A stretch of 61,640 nt of DNA from Flavobacteriales bacterium. GTDB lineage: Bacteria; Bacteroidota; Bacteroidia; Flavobacteriales; CAJXXR01. Every line of letters begins with the position of its first letter. Positions within the stretch are counted from its first letter, which is position 1. The notes below the pieces were generated by a model that saw only the letters and a list, made by a program, of their open reading frames with translations, searched no databases and was not told the DNA's origin. Positions 50,364 to 60,138 of the stretch are shown piece by piece. The position numbers and the translations under genes are program-made. The DNA is taken from contig JBMYWP010000019.1 of NCBI GenBank assembly GCA_049607525.1, forward strand, positions 1 through 61,640, read 5' to 3'.

Positions 50364-51596
50364 TTGTTAATACAATTGAAACAATTGTTAACAAGGAATA
50401 ATCCTCATATGAAAAAAGGCTCTAAAACATTATACCAAATTCTACCCCATATATTAATATCGGGTATATTGTTGTGTATTCCATTTAATTTTGGGCATAC
50501 AGACTTTTCTTCTATTTCTCAAATATTATTGAGAATCTTAGGGCCTTTGGTAGCGCTTTTGGTATTTTATTTCAATTATTTATACTTGGTAGAACGTTTT
50601 TTATTTAGCAAAAAACTTCTAAAATACATCAGTATAAACGCGTTATTGATCACCTTATTTGTGCTTATTGGAAATAGTTCTTACTACCAAAGAGCAAAGT
50701 TGGACTATTACAAATATGAAAAAGAAGTTCTCCTAAAGGAATTTCAAATGAACTATGGAGACTCCATTGTGCCCGAAAATTTGGATAAAGATTTTCACAC
50801 ATTTTTTCATAATAAGAAAAATAATAAATACAAGACCAACAGAAAAGGAAAAAGGGAATTTGCTCACGCATTAGAACGCAATCATGGCCGTTTTTACTCA
50901 AGAAAAGTTTCCATAGCATATATTGTATTTCAATTTTTAGCCATGTTTGCTGCCATTGGAATTAAATATGGAAAAAAAGCAATACAGGAAGAAAGTAAAC
51001 GTAAAGACATAGAAGCCGAATATTTGAAATCCAAAAACGAATTATTAAAATATCAGATTCAACCTCATTTCTTTTTCAATACCTTAAATTCTATTCATTA
51101 TTTGATAGATATTTCTACCGAACAAGCTAAAAATACCGTTCTAGATTTAAGTAAATTAATGCGCTATGTCTTAAATGTATCGGAAAAAGAAGATGTCTTA
51201 CTGGATAAAGAAATTGAATTTATTCAGCATTATTGTGATCTAATGATTCTCAGGACACCAGATAATTTAGAGTTTAAGTTACAACTCAATAATAATAACC
51301 CAAAACGGACTATTGCCCCACTCCTGCTAGTTGTTTTGATAGAAAATGCTTTTAAACATGGCATTGGGGGACGTGATACCGATTTTATTTCTATAAATTT
51401 AAGTACTTCTAAAAGTATGCTTCATTTTTCTGTTGTTAATTCAAAGTATAAAGAAACTGTTGAAAAACACGACAACGTTTCAATTGGATTAGAAAACTTA
51501 AAGTCGAGATTAAATCTACTTTACAACAACAAGTATACATTAGACGTTATTGAAAACGATCATGAGTATCAAACTAATTTAACCATCACATTATGA
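50364..51596 (+). CDS. LytS-type sensor histidine kinase (paralog 2; start possibly the MKKGSK methionine at 50409)
   Basis: H-box QIQPHFFFNTLNSIHYLI. Polytopic N-terminus. Overlaps the RR gene by 4 nt. Confidence 0.8.
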   Translation: MLIQLKQLLTRNNPHMKKGSKTLYQILPHILISGILLCIPFNFGHTDFSSISQILLRILGPLVALLVFYFNYLYLVERFLFSKKLLKYISINALLITLFVLIGNSSYYQRAKLDYYKYEKEVLLKEFQMNYGDSIVPENLDKDFHTFFHNKKNNKYKTNRKGKREFAHALERNHGRFYSRKVSIAYIVFQFLAMFAAIGIKYGKKAIQEESKRKDIEAEYLKSKNELLKYQIQPHFFFNTLNSIHYLIDISTEQAKNTVLDLSKLMRYVLNVSEKEDVLLDKEIEFIQHYCDLMILRTPDNLEFKLQLNNNNPKRTIAPLLLVVLIENAFKHGIGGRDTDFISINLSTSKSMLHFSVVNSKYKETVEKHDNVSIGLENLKSRLNLLYNNKYTLDVIENDHEYQTNLTITL

Positions 51597-52333
51597 CAAA
51601 ATGGAATTGCATTATAGCCGAAGATGAACCATTAGCTCAAAAGCAAATGGTTAAATATATAGAACAAAATGAACATTTGAATTTATTGAAAGTATTTTCA
51701 AACGGTTTGGATGCTCTAAAGTTTTTACAAGAGAATAACATTGATTTGGTCTTTTTTGACATTAATATGCCACAACTAAGTGGAATGGAATTGGCGAAAA
51801 TGGCTAGAAAAATGGATTTTTCGTTTAAACTTATTTTTACAACTGCATTTACCGAATATGCCGTAGACTCTTACAAAGTAAATGCCGACGATTATCTTTT
51901 GAAACCATTTTCGTTAAATGATTTTAATGATAGCATAGAAAAACTCATTTCTAAATCGGTAAAAGAAGACGCTGACTTGGTTCCCGAAAAAGATATTGAA
52001 TGGGAAAGAGATTATGTTTTTGTGAAAAGCAATTACCAAATAAGGCGTATTAAATTTGATGAAATACAATATTTTGAAGGTTTAAAAGACTATATCCAGA
52101 TTTACTTAAAAGGAGAAAAACATCCAGTACTCATTCTTACTAGTTTTAAGAAAGTAATAGAAAAACTTCCCGAAAACAAGTTTATGAGGATTCACAGATC
52201 TTATATTGTAAATTTAGATGCCGTAGAAAAAGTAGAACGAAACAGAGTCATTTTTAATGACATTTTTCTTCCTATTTCTGATGGAAATAAAGACCGATTT
52301 TTTGATTTCTTAAAACGAAACTCATTGAGTTAA
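51593..52333 (+). CDS. LytTR-family response regulator (paralog 2)
   Basis: REC (IIAEDE..., LVFFDINMPQLSGMEL) plus a LytTR C-terminus. Confidence 0.85.
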   Translation: MTKWNCIIAEDEPLAQKQMVKYIEQNEHLNLLKVFSNGLDALKFLQENNIDLVFFDINMPQLSGMELAKMARKMDFSFKLIFTTAFTEYAVDSYKVNADDYLLKPFSLNDFNDSIEKLISKSVKEDADLVPEKDIEWERDYVFVKSNYQIRRIKFDEIQYFEGLKDYIQIYLKGEKHPVLILTSFKKVIEKLPENKFMRIHRSYIVNLDAVEKVERNRVIFNDIFLPISDGNKDRFFDFLKRNSLS

Positions 52334-52403
52334 TAGATTAATTTTCAAGATTCATTAACTTTGTATTCTATTCTACTGTATTTGAATATTTTTATAAAAA
52401 GTA

Positions 52404-53195
52404 ATGAAACGACTAATTCGTTTATTAATAGTTATTACAGGTATTTACATTCTCATATGTATTTGCCTTTTTTCTTTTCAAGAAAAACTAATCTTCTTTC
52501 CTTACAAACTAGACAAATCGCATACATTTGAATTTGAATCAAAATTTGAAGAATTAAACTTCAAAACAATAGATGATAAGATATTAAATGGATTATTGTT
52601 TAAAGCAAATGAATCAAAAGGGCTTATTTTTTATTTACATGGAAATGCAGGCGCTTTAAACACTTGGGGTAATGTTGCAAACACCTATACAGCTTTAAAT
52701 TATGATGTTTTTATTCTAGATTACAGAAGTTTTGGAAAAAGTGAAGGAAGTATTATCAGTCAAGATCAATTATTCTCGGATAATCAATTGGTTTACGACG
52801 TCATGAAAACCAAATATAAAGAAGAGAATATCATTATTTTAGGTTATTCTATAGGCTCTGGTTTGGCTGCAAAATTAGCTTCAACAAATCAGCCTTCTCA
52901 ACTTATTTTACAAGCTCCATACTTTAGTTTAACAGATATGATGCGTCAGAATTATTCTTGGATACCAACTTTTATTCTAAAATATAAGTTTGATACCAAT
53001 ACATACTTAAAGCATTGTAATATGCCCATTACAATATTTCATGGCACTCAAGACCAAGTTATTGATTATTCAGCATCATTAAAATTGAAACAGAGTCACA
53101 ACAAAATAAATCTCATCACGCTAGAAAATCAAAAACATAACAACATTACAAATAATCAAGATTATCTGAATGCCTTAAAAATTCTATTACAATAA
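52404..53195 (+). CDS. alpha/beta hydrolase
   Basis: N-terminal TM/signal. GYSIGSG nucleophile elbow, and a HGTQDQVI C-terminal His. Confidence 0.6.
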   Translation: MKRLIRLLIVITGIYILICICLFSFQEKLIFFPYKLDKSHTFEFESKFEELNFKTIDDKILNGLLFKANESKGLIFYLHGNAGALNTWGNVANTYTALNYDVFILDYRSFGKSEGSIISQDQLFSDNQLVYDVMKTKYKEENIIILGYSIGSGLAAKLASTNQPSQLILQAPYFSLTDMMRQNYSWIPTFILKYKFDTNTYLKHCNMPITIFHGTQDQVIDYSASLKLKQSHNKINLITLENQKHNNITNNQDYLNALKILLQ

Positions 53196-53244
53196 TTCAT
53201 TTAGAGAACATATTACAAATGGTTTAATAACCTCAAAGAAAAAC

Positions 53245-53748
53245 ATGAGCCTAGAATCTAACAAAACGCTTTTTCAAATAAAACAAAGCATATATGATCC
53301 ATGTGAAATGAAAATGACCGAATTCGAAAACGAAACTGAAAGTCAAGATTATTTCGCAAGTCGCTTTGCATTAAATGGATTACAACTATTGAGTAGAAAT
53401 TCTAAATTAACACCAAAAAAGATTGGGCAATTTGTAACCTTCTGGAAAAGAAACAAAAACAACCCCATTGAACCTTTTCACGAAAATGATTCTTTTGATT
53501 TTTTAATTGTAAATACAAAAATGGAAAATAGATATGGCCAATTTGTTTTTCCAAAAGCCATTTTAATAAGAAAAGGAATTCTTTCTACTGAAAGAAAAGA
53601 AGGTAAAAGAGGTTTTCGTGTTTACCCCAGTTGGGATATTGTATCTAGCAAACTAGCTGAAAGAACTCAAAAGTGGCAACTGAATTATTTTTATGAAATT
53701 GATTCTTCTATTGCTCAAGAAAAAGCAGTTGAACTCTATAAAAAGTAA
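53245..53748 (+). CDS. MepB-like protein (hypothetical)
   Basis: 167 aa. ...GQFVTFWKRN...DFLIVN...RYGQFVFPK... From pattern memory only. Confidence 0.35.
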   Translation: MSLESNKTLFQIKQSIYDPCEMKMTEFENETESQDYFASRFALNGLQLLSRNSKLTPKKIGQFVTFWKRNKNNPIEPFHENDSFDFLIVNTKMENRYGQFVFPKAILIRKGILSTERKEGKRGFRVYPSWDIVSSKLAERTQKWQLNYFYEIDSSIAQEKAVELYKK

Positions 53749-53754
53749 GATTAT

Positions 53755-55029
53755 CTATAGATTTCTCAAAAACCTAGATTTTAACTCCAAAATCTGATTT
53801 TTTGGACTACCAATTACTTGTGAAGAATAAATTCCACTATGTCCTGATGCTAGGTAAGCTACAATACAAGAAATTCCGAGGTACACGCCTGTTTTTGCGC
53901 CAAACAACTCAATTCCCATAAAAATACATGCGATTGGTGTATTTGTTGCTCCAGAAAAAACGGCAACAAATCCCATTCCAGCCAACAAAGCCATAGGTAG
54001 AGGGACAAACAAAAAGAGTGCATTACCTAAAGTGGCTCCAATAAAAAATAATGGCGTGACTTCTCCTCCTTTAAAACCAGCTCCTAAAGTAAAGGCGGTA
54101 AAAAGCAGTTTAATAAAAAAATCGCCATACCAAAGTTGAGAATCAAAGGCAGATTCAATAATTGGAACACCAAGCCCCAAATACCTTTGTCCAACAAAAA
54201 ATACAACAATGGCAATAATGATTCCTCCAATAAATGGTCTTAATGGTGGATAAGCAATTTTAGTTTTAAAAATATGAGAGAAATAATGTGTTGTTTTAGA
54301 AAATAGAATAGCGGCTAAACCAAAAATAATTCCACAAAAAATACTCCAAAACACGCCCGAAAACTCAATTCCTGGCACTTCTGGAATAGAATATATGGTG
54401 TGATGAACATTCCATAGATGACAAGTAAGGTGTGCAAAAATGGCCGTTAAAATACTTGGCAAAATGGCTTCGTAACGCATACGTCCAATAACCAAAACCT
54501 CGAGTGCAAAAATAGCTCCAGCTAAAGGCGTTCCGAAAACAGAAGCAAAACCTCCACTTATTCCAATGATTAGTAGGATTTTTCGATCTAATGCATTTAT
54601 TGTGAAAAATCTTGAAAACTGATCGGCAATAGAACTTCCCATTTGAACAGCAGAACCTTCTCTACCAGCAGCCCCCCCGAATAAATGCGTTAGAAATGTA
54701 CCAATAAGCACAAAAGGCGCCATTTTTATTGGAATCCGTTTTTGAGGCTCATGGTATTCATCCAAAATCTGATTGTTTCCTTTAACGACATCCTGACCAA
54801 AATAATGATAGAGCAATCCGATAACCAACCCCGCAAGAGGCAATAGAGCTACAATCCATAAATTGTGTTCTCTAACATCTGTAGCAAATTCTAATGACAC
54901 CAATAACAATGCCGAAGCAGACCCACTTAAAATTCCAACAGCAAGAGATAAAATAATCCATTTTAAACAATAGATTAATATTGGCTTATATTCTGAAACA
55001 TATTGGTTAATGGTGGTTTTAAAATCCAT
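53755..55029 (-). CDS. ClC-family voltage-gated chloride channel / H+-Cl- antiporter
   Basis: 424 aa and polytopic. The selectivity-filter-like segments are GREGSAVQMG and GFKGGEVTP. Confidence 0.75.
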   Translation of the reverse strand: MDFKTTINQYVSEYKPILIYCLKWIILSLAVGILSGSASALLLVSLEFATDVREHNLWIVALLPLAGLVIGLLYHYFGQDVVKGNNQILDEYHEPQKRIPIKMAPFVLIGTFLTHLFGGAAGREGSAVQMGSSIADQFSRFFTINALDRKILLIIGISGGFASVFGTPLAGAIFALEVLVIGRMRYEAILPSILTAIFAHLTCHLWNVHHTIYSIPEVPGIEFSGVFWSIFCGIIFGLAAILFSKTTHYFSHIFKTKIAYPPLRPFIGGIIIAIVVFFVGQRYLGLGVPIIESAFDSQLWYGDFFIKLLFTAFTLGAGFKGGEVTPLFFIGATLGNALFLFVPLPMALLAGMGFVAVFSGATNTPIACIFMGIELFGAKTGVYLGISCIVAYLASGHSGIYSSQVIGSPKNQILELKSRFLRNL

Positions 55030-55150
55030 TTAAAACGTGTTTTATTAAAATCATAAAGAACCGCGAGTTCACAGTAAGAAAATATAGCATCTCGATTGTT
55101 ATTGAGAATGATATTTTGACGTACCCATTTCTTATATCGATCTTACATTA

Positions 55151-55194
55151 AAGAAGTAAAATAATTTAAGACAAATCATTTTACTTCTTTTTTT
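55151..55194. terminator. strong hairpin (12-bp perfect stem AAGAAGTAAAAT / ATTTTACTTCTT) with plus-strand T6 tail, in the intergenic region between the ABC operon and the ClC gene
   Basis: Read directly. Probably the ABC-operon terminator acting on the minus strand, although the perfect T-tract is on the plus strand where no annotated gene ends. Confidence 0.5.
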
Positions 55195-55220
55195 CAATGA
55201 CAAATGTAAAATTATAAGGG

Positions 55221-56054
55221 TTATAAATCTCGTTTTTTCAATAAATTTAACGACATAAAATAACAAATAACCGTCCAAAATACTGTAATAGCCATACTTT
55301 TAATAGGTACATGATAATCTATAACAGCCTTATCTCCAATATTATTTCTAATATCTTGCACAACTTCTAATCTAGAAAATGGACTAATGATTAAATCTCC
55401 AATAGCATTCATTGGTAAGAGATCTAATACTAAATGTTTGGTATCATAAGACATACTAGACAAGCTTAATACACCATTCAACACGACTTCTGAAATGTAG
55501 AGTAAGATTAAAAATCCCAAGGCAAAAGCCGATCGTTTTATGAGGAATCCTAAAAACATGCAAATGGTAAAAAATCCTACCAATTCAACAAAAAAGGCAG
55601 GAATAAACATGATGTCCGATAAAATGGATTCTATAGATGTATCTATTGAATAAACCGACCCTAAAATTAAAGACAATAAGGCAACAAAAACAGTTGAGAT
55701 AAGTGATAAGGCTAGTATCATGTAAAACTTAGAGTTTAAAAACTCTTGTTTACTCAAACCATCAATCAAATTCTGTTTCAAGGTTTTATAACTATATTCG
55801 CTCGAAATCATTGAAATAATAACAATGGCTAAAAATATTTTTAAATAAGATGCTACATACGTGTTCACATGCCAAATCAATGGAAATTCAAAAAGACCCT
55901 GTTCCACAAAATCGAAGGTAATAAAGCCCAAATTGAGTTTCACCAAACACAAAAAGGCCAAACTTAACAATAAACCAAAATAGGCGAACACCAATAATTT
56001 ACTTGAGCGGTTACTCATTAACTTCGTAAATTCTATTTTTAATAATCTTTTCAT
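55221..56054 (-). CDS. ABC-2-type transporter permease
   Basis: 277 aa with 6 predicted TM helices. Lies 1 nt after the ATPase gene. Confidence 0.65.
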   Translation of the reverse strand: MKRLLKIEFTKLMSNRSSKLLVFAYFGLLLSLAFLCLVKLNLGFITFDFVEQGLFEFPLIWHVNTYVASYLKIFLAIVIISMISSEYSYKTLKQNLIDGLSKQEFLNSKFYMILALSLISTVFVALLSLILGSVYSIDTSIESILSDIMFIPAFFVELVGFFTICMFLGFLIKRSAFALGFLILLYISEVVLNGVLSLSSMSYDTKHLVLDLLPMNAIGDLIISPFSRLEVVQDIRNNIGDKAVIDYHVPIKSMAITVFWTVICYFMSLNLLKKRDL

Positions 56055-56055
56055 G

Positions 56056-56958
56056 TTATATTGATTCTGAAGTTAATTGTAAAAATTTCGATTCTAAACT
56101 TTCATTTTTATGGATTAAATGAGATAAAACGACATCGTTTTCGATTAAAAATTTATTTAGCTCTGCACTGGAAGTTTCATTTTGAAGAATAGCCTTTACA
56201 TAATCGTTTTCTAGTTTAATTTCAGAAAAGTTTCCACTTTGTTTTAAATGGAACATAAGTAAATCTTTATCTTTTGCGTTAAGTTCAAAATAACCTAGTT
56301 TGTTGGACATGTCATTCACTGAACCTGCATATATTTTTTTTCCTTTACGAATAATTAGAACATGAGTACAAACTTTCTCAACTTCATCCAATAAATGAGA
56401 AGCTAATAGGATTGTGGTTCCTAAACTTGCGATTTTTGTAATGATTTCCCTAATTTGATGAATTCCTTGCGGATCTAAACCATTGGTAGGTTCATCGAGA
56501 ATTAATACTTCAGGGTTACTCAACAAAGCTGATGCAATGGCAAGTCTTTGTTTCATTCCCAACGAAAACGTAGAAAAGTTTGATGTTTTTCGAGAAAGCA
56601 ACCCCACCAACTCTAAGGTTTCATCTATTCTAGAATATGGTACTTCTTTTATATCGCAAACCAATCTTAAATTCTTTTCGGCCGACATAAAAGGGTAAAA
56701 ATTTGGTCTTTCAATAATGGCTCCTACCCTTTTAAGCGCTTCATGATGAGAATATTTTCCGTTAAACCAAACAAATTCACCTTCAGTTTTATTCACAACA
56801 TTAAGCACAATTCCAAGAGTGGTCGATTTTCCACTTCCGTTTGGACCTAATATTCCATAAATATTCCCTTTTTCTATGCTAAAGCTTAGATTGGTAACCG
56901 CTTTTACAGCGCCAAACCGTTTGCTTAAATTGTTTATTTCTAAAATACTTTCGCTCAT
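56056..56958 (-). CDS. ABC transporter ATP-binding protein
   Basis: Walker A GPNGSGKST, signature FSLGMKQRL, and Walker B LILDEPTNGLD. Confidence 0.9.
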   Translation of the reverse strand: MSESILEINNLSKRFGAVKAVTNLSFSIEKGNIYGILGPNGSGKSTTLGIVLNVVNKTEGEFVWFNGKYSHHEALKRVGAIIERPNFYPFMSAEKNLRLVCDIKEVPYSRIDETLELVGLLSRKTSNFSTFSLGMKQRLAIASALLSNPEVLILDEPTNGLDPQGIHQIREIITKIASLGTTILLASHLLDEVEKVCTHVLIIRKGKKIYAGSVNDMSNKLGYFELNAKDKDLLMFHLKQSGNFSEIKLENDYVKAILQNETSSAELNKFLIENDVVLSHLIHKNESLESKFLQLTSESI

Positions 56959-57134
56959 TATTTTATTTTTATTTTATCCATAATTATCATGCTAGTTTTT
57001 TATATACACGATTGAATTGATCAATAGTTACATTTATCTCCAAATAAATTGCGATTTATGTACACTTTTGAATCATAAACCAATGTTTTTTTTAAATATA
57101 ATCTAAACATTAGAAAGGTAAAAAGGTTAGCAAC

Positions 57135-57160
57135 AAAAAAGCCTACTCGTAAAAGTAGGC
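57135..57160 (-). terminator. Rho-independent terminator 10 nt after the thiH stop
   Basis: The minus strand reads GCCTACT-tttacg-AGTAGGC followed by TTTTTTGTTG. Confidence 0.65.
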
Positions 57161-57169
57161 CTATCATAT

Positions 57170-58312
57170 TTATTCCTGATTTTGGAGAGATAAATCCCAA
57201 CCTTTCCATACAGGTTCATAACCTTTACTGTATAACATATCGGATATTTCTTTGGTCGTGCGCTCGTCTGAAATCTCAAATTGCTCCAAACTTTGTTTAT
57301 CTACAGTATAACCACCCGGATTCGTTTTAGATTCGGCACTCATACTTGTTATTCCTAACTTAATGATATTGTCCCTAAATATTTCGGATTCTCTGGTAGA
57401 AATTGACAATTCCAATTCCTGATTTAATAATCTATACGCACAAATAAGTTGTACTAAATCCTTGTCTGTCATAACCACTTTAGGTTCAAAATCACCTTCA
57501 TGTGGTCTAATTCTAGGAAAGGAAATAGAATAGATACTTTGCCAATATTTTTTTTCGAGGTAATTTAAATGTAAGGCGGTAAAGAAAGCCTCTACCCTCC
57601 AATCTTCCAAACCAAATAATGCACCCAATCCTATTTTATGAACACCTGCCTTCCCTAAACGGTCTGGCGTATCTAATCGAAAATCGAAATTAGACTTTTT
57701 CCCTCGGGTATGATATTCTTGATAAGTTTCTTTGTGATAAGATTCTTGATATACCAAAACGGCATTCAAACCTTCTTCACTCAACGCTTTGTATTCGTCT
57801 TCTAATAGAGGTTGAACTTCAATTGTAATATTCGCAAAAAAAGGTTTTACCAATTTAATGGCATTTTTTAAATACGGTACTCCAACTTTTCGATTCGCCT
57901 CACCTGTAACAAGTAAAATATGTTGAAAACCTAAATCTCTTATGGCTTTGGCTTCTTCTACTATTTCGGCATCGGTGAGTATTCGACGTTTAATTCTATT
58001 ATTCATTGAAAAACCACAGTACGTGCAAATGTTCTCACAAACATTCGATAAATACATTGGGGCATACATTTGAATACCTTTACCAAAACGCTCAACAGTT
58101 TTTTGATGACTAAGCTGAGCCATTTCTTCTAAAAACGGCTGAGCCGCTGGAGAAATTAAGGCCACAAAATCGTCAATTGTTCTATGCTCATTAGAAAGGG
58201 CACGTTTAACTTGATCTTCGGTGATACTATATATTTTTTTTTGAAGATCATCCCAGTTATAACGCTCAAATACTTCTTGGAAATTCATACAACTCGTTAT
58301 GTTTACATCCAC
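57170..58312 (-). CDS. thiH: 2-iminoacetate synthase (radical-SAM tyrosine lyase)
   Basis: 380 aa. Residue-by-residue pattern match to E. coli ThiH (W.DL....I...T..V.RAL......DD..AL.SPAA...LE..AQ......RFG....Y.P.YLSN.C.N.CTYCGFSM.NRIKR..L....I..E..AIR..GF.H.LLVTGE). Confidence 0.8.
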   Translation of the reverse strand: MDVNITSCMNFQEVFERYNWDDLQKKIYSITEDQVKRALSNEHRTIDDFVALISPAAQPFLEEMAQLSHQKTVERFGKGIQMYAPMYLSNVCENICTYCGFSMNNRIKRRILTDAEIVEEAKAIRDLGFQHILLVTGEANRKVGVPYLKNAIKLVKPFFANITIEVQPLLEDEYKALSEEGLNAVLVYQESYHKETYQEYHTRGKKSNFDFRLDTPDRLGKAGVHKIGLGALFGLEDWRVEAFFTALHLNYLEKKYWQSIYSISFPRIRPHEGDFEPKVVMTDKDLVQLICAYRLLNQELELSISTRESEIFRDNIIKLGITSMSAESKTNPGGYTVDKQSLEQFEISDERTTKEISDMLYSKGYEPVWKGWDLSLQNQE

Positions 58313-58492
58313 AAAATTCGTAATTTTGCACGAGATTGTGACTAGATTCGGTCTTTTATTCTTGAATTTTAATCAATTTTTTGATTTATGGCTTGAATCT
58401 TGGATATTACAATTGGTATTTTAGGATTTTTCTCGAAAATATTCTAAATTATGATTACAATCTATTAAAAGAACACCCCAAAATAAACACAA

Positions 58493-59398
58493 ATGTTAAA
58501 ATCTATTACATTATTCTTTTCTTGCCTAGCCTTAACAGTGGTTTCGGCCCAAGAAATTGGAGATACTCAAACCGGGAAATTGAATTATTACAACGACATT
58601 TACCATGGAAGACCAACCGCAAGTGGTGATATTTATGACAAAACGAAAGTAAGTGCTGCTCATAAAACATTACCTATGAAAACAATGGTTGAAGTTGAAA
58701 ATCTTGAAAACGGTAAAAGTATTTTTGTTGAAATAAATGACCGTATTCCTGAAGGATCGGATGCCATACTTGAACTATCTAGAGCGGCCGCAGAACAATT
58801 AGATTTTATTCATGACGGTATAACGAACGGAAAAATAAGAATCATTCAAGTTATGAATGTTCCAGTTAAAAAGGAATCTAAACATAAAGTTGCCGAAACT
58901 AAGACTAATTTAACTAAGGAGACTGCAAAACAAAAAGAAATGGCTAAGATTAAAGCTGAAGCTGAAATCAAAAAAGCTGAAATGGAGGCCCAAGCAACAA
59001 AAAAGCGAATGGTTGCCGAAGATAAAGCAAAAATGCAAGCCAAAATGCAAGCTGAAAAGAAAGCGAAGGCTCAAATGAGTAAAAATATGACTTTAGATGC
59101 AGGTCCAGTAGTGGAACCAGCCCAAGACATTAGTTTGGAAGATGCCATTAAAATTGGAAACAAAAAATTTGCAATTCAACTTGGTGCTTATCAGGAGAAA
59201 AAATCTCTACAAGAGGCTGTAAATATTGCTAAGAAAAACGGAATGCAATTAAAAGTTGATCTTTTTATCCTTACAGAAACCACAGATAAAGGAGAATTGT
59301 ACAAATTGATTTATGGATATTTCGGTGAAGATTATGCACGAGAAAAAATTGAAGAAGTAAAAACATTATTTCAAGATTCTTTCATCAAGAAATTTTAA
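58493..59398 (+). CDS. rlpA: septal-ring lytic transglycosylase RlpA-family protein (DPBB domain) with C-terminal SPOR domain
   Basis: Signal peptide. The YHGRPTASGDIYDKTKVSAAHKTLPMKTMVEVENLENGKSIFVEINDRIP DPBB signature, an approx 80-aa KA-rich linker, and a C-terminal SPOR-like fold (AIQLGAYQEKKSLQEAVN...). Confidence 0.8.
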   Translation: MLKSITLFFSCLALTVVSAQEIGDTQTGKLNYYNDIYHGRPTASGDIYDKTKVSAAHKTLPMKTMVEVENLENGKSIFVEINDRIPEGSDAILELSRAAAEQLDFIHDGITNGKIRIIQVMNVPVKKESKHKVAETKTNLTKETAKQKEMAKIKAEAEIKKAEMEAQATKKRMVAEDKAKMQAKMQAEKKAKAQMSKNMTLDAGPVVEPAQDISLEDAIKIGNKKFAIQLGAYQEKKSLQEAVNIAKKNGMQLKVDLFILTETTDKGELYKLIYGYFGEDYAREKIEEVKTLFQDSFIKKF

Positions 59399-59409
59399 AT
59401 AGATCTTTT

Positions 59410-59454
59410 AAGACCAAAAAAAGCCACCTCATAAAGGTGGCTTTTTTTGGTCTT
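59410..59454. terminator. bidirectional Rho-independent terminator with 20-bp perfect stem
   Basis: AAGACCAAAAAAAGCCACCT-cataa-AGGTGGCTTTTTTTGGTCTT. Serves the convergent rlpA(+) and 59464..60024(-) genes. Confidence 0.8.
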
Positions 59455-59463
59455 AAAAATGTA

Positions 59464-60024
59464 TTACTCCGTAATTTTAAAAGAATCCATAAACTTCTTA
59501 ATAGAATCATTGTTGTCCTTTTTTGTTTCGGTTATCGTTTGAATCATATACATATTATTGGCCACTAAATACAATCTAACATTAATAATTGCGGTTCCAT
59601 TTTGAAAATCAATTTTTGCTTCTCGCCCTGGATGTAATCCGTAATTTATGTCTTTTTGAGAAATCAATTTTCCTTGTACATTCGCCACAGCACCATTTAC
59701 AGCTCCATCAAAAAATGTTTTTAACATCTCCTTATTATTCGAATTCACTTTATCCTTAGGATAAGAAGTACAGTTTACCATGTAAACCAAATTTTCATCT
59801 TTAGAATTAGGAATCGATGAAGCATCATACATGTAAAAATTCATCTTCAAATCTCCAATAGCAGATGGTACGGTTTGAGATTGTTCGGTTGGAACATCTG
59901 GAAACTCAACTCTAAATTTGAATAATTTAGATTCGAAAGATTTCCAATCTCCAGCATTTACAAAACTAAGAAGTGTAAATGCGATAAGGGTTATAACCGA
60001 CCATTTGATGTATTTGTTTTTCAT
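59464..60024 (-). CDS. hypothetical secreted protein
   Basis: 186 aa. Signal peptide MKNKYIKWSVITLIAFTLLSFVNA. Confidence 0.45.
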   Translation of the reverse strand: MKNKYIKWSVITLIAFTLLSFVNAGDWKSFESKLFKFRVEFPDVPTEQSQTVPSAIGDLKMNFYMYDASSIPNSKDENLVYMVNCTSYPKDKVNSNNKEMLKTFFDGAVNGAVANVQGKLISQKDINYGLHPGREAKIDFQNGTAIINVRLYLVANNMYMIQTITETKKDNNDSIKKFMDSFKITE

Positions 60025-60138
60025 ATTTTATGTTTTTGAATGAGAAATATTTCATGTATCCAACATTCTATTTCATACAAAAGTAGAAAAATCAACAGGA
60101 ATAACGAATTTATAAGACTTTTGAACTCAAATTTGCGC

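Noticed and set aside
58313-58492. Possible TPP riboswitch upstream of thiH.
   Set aside because: Only fragmentary resemblance was found (GGGGTG, UCGAGA). The conserved CUGAGA and ACCUGAUCUGGAUAAUGCCAGCG cores are absent, so no call is made without a covariance-model search.
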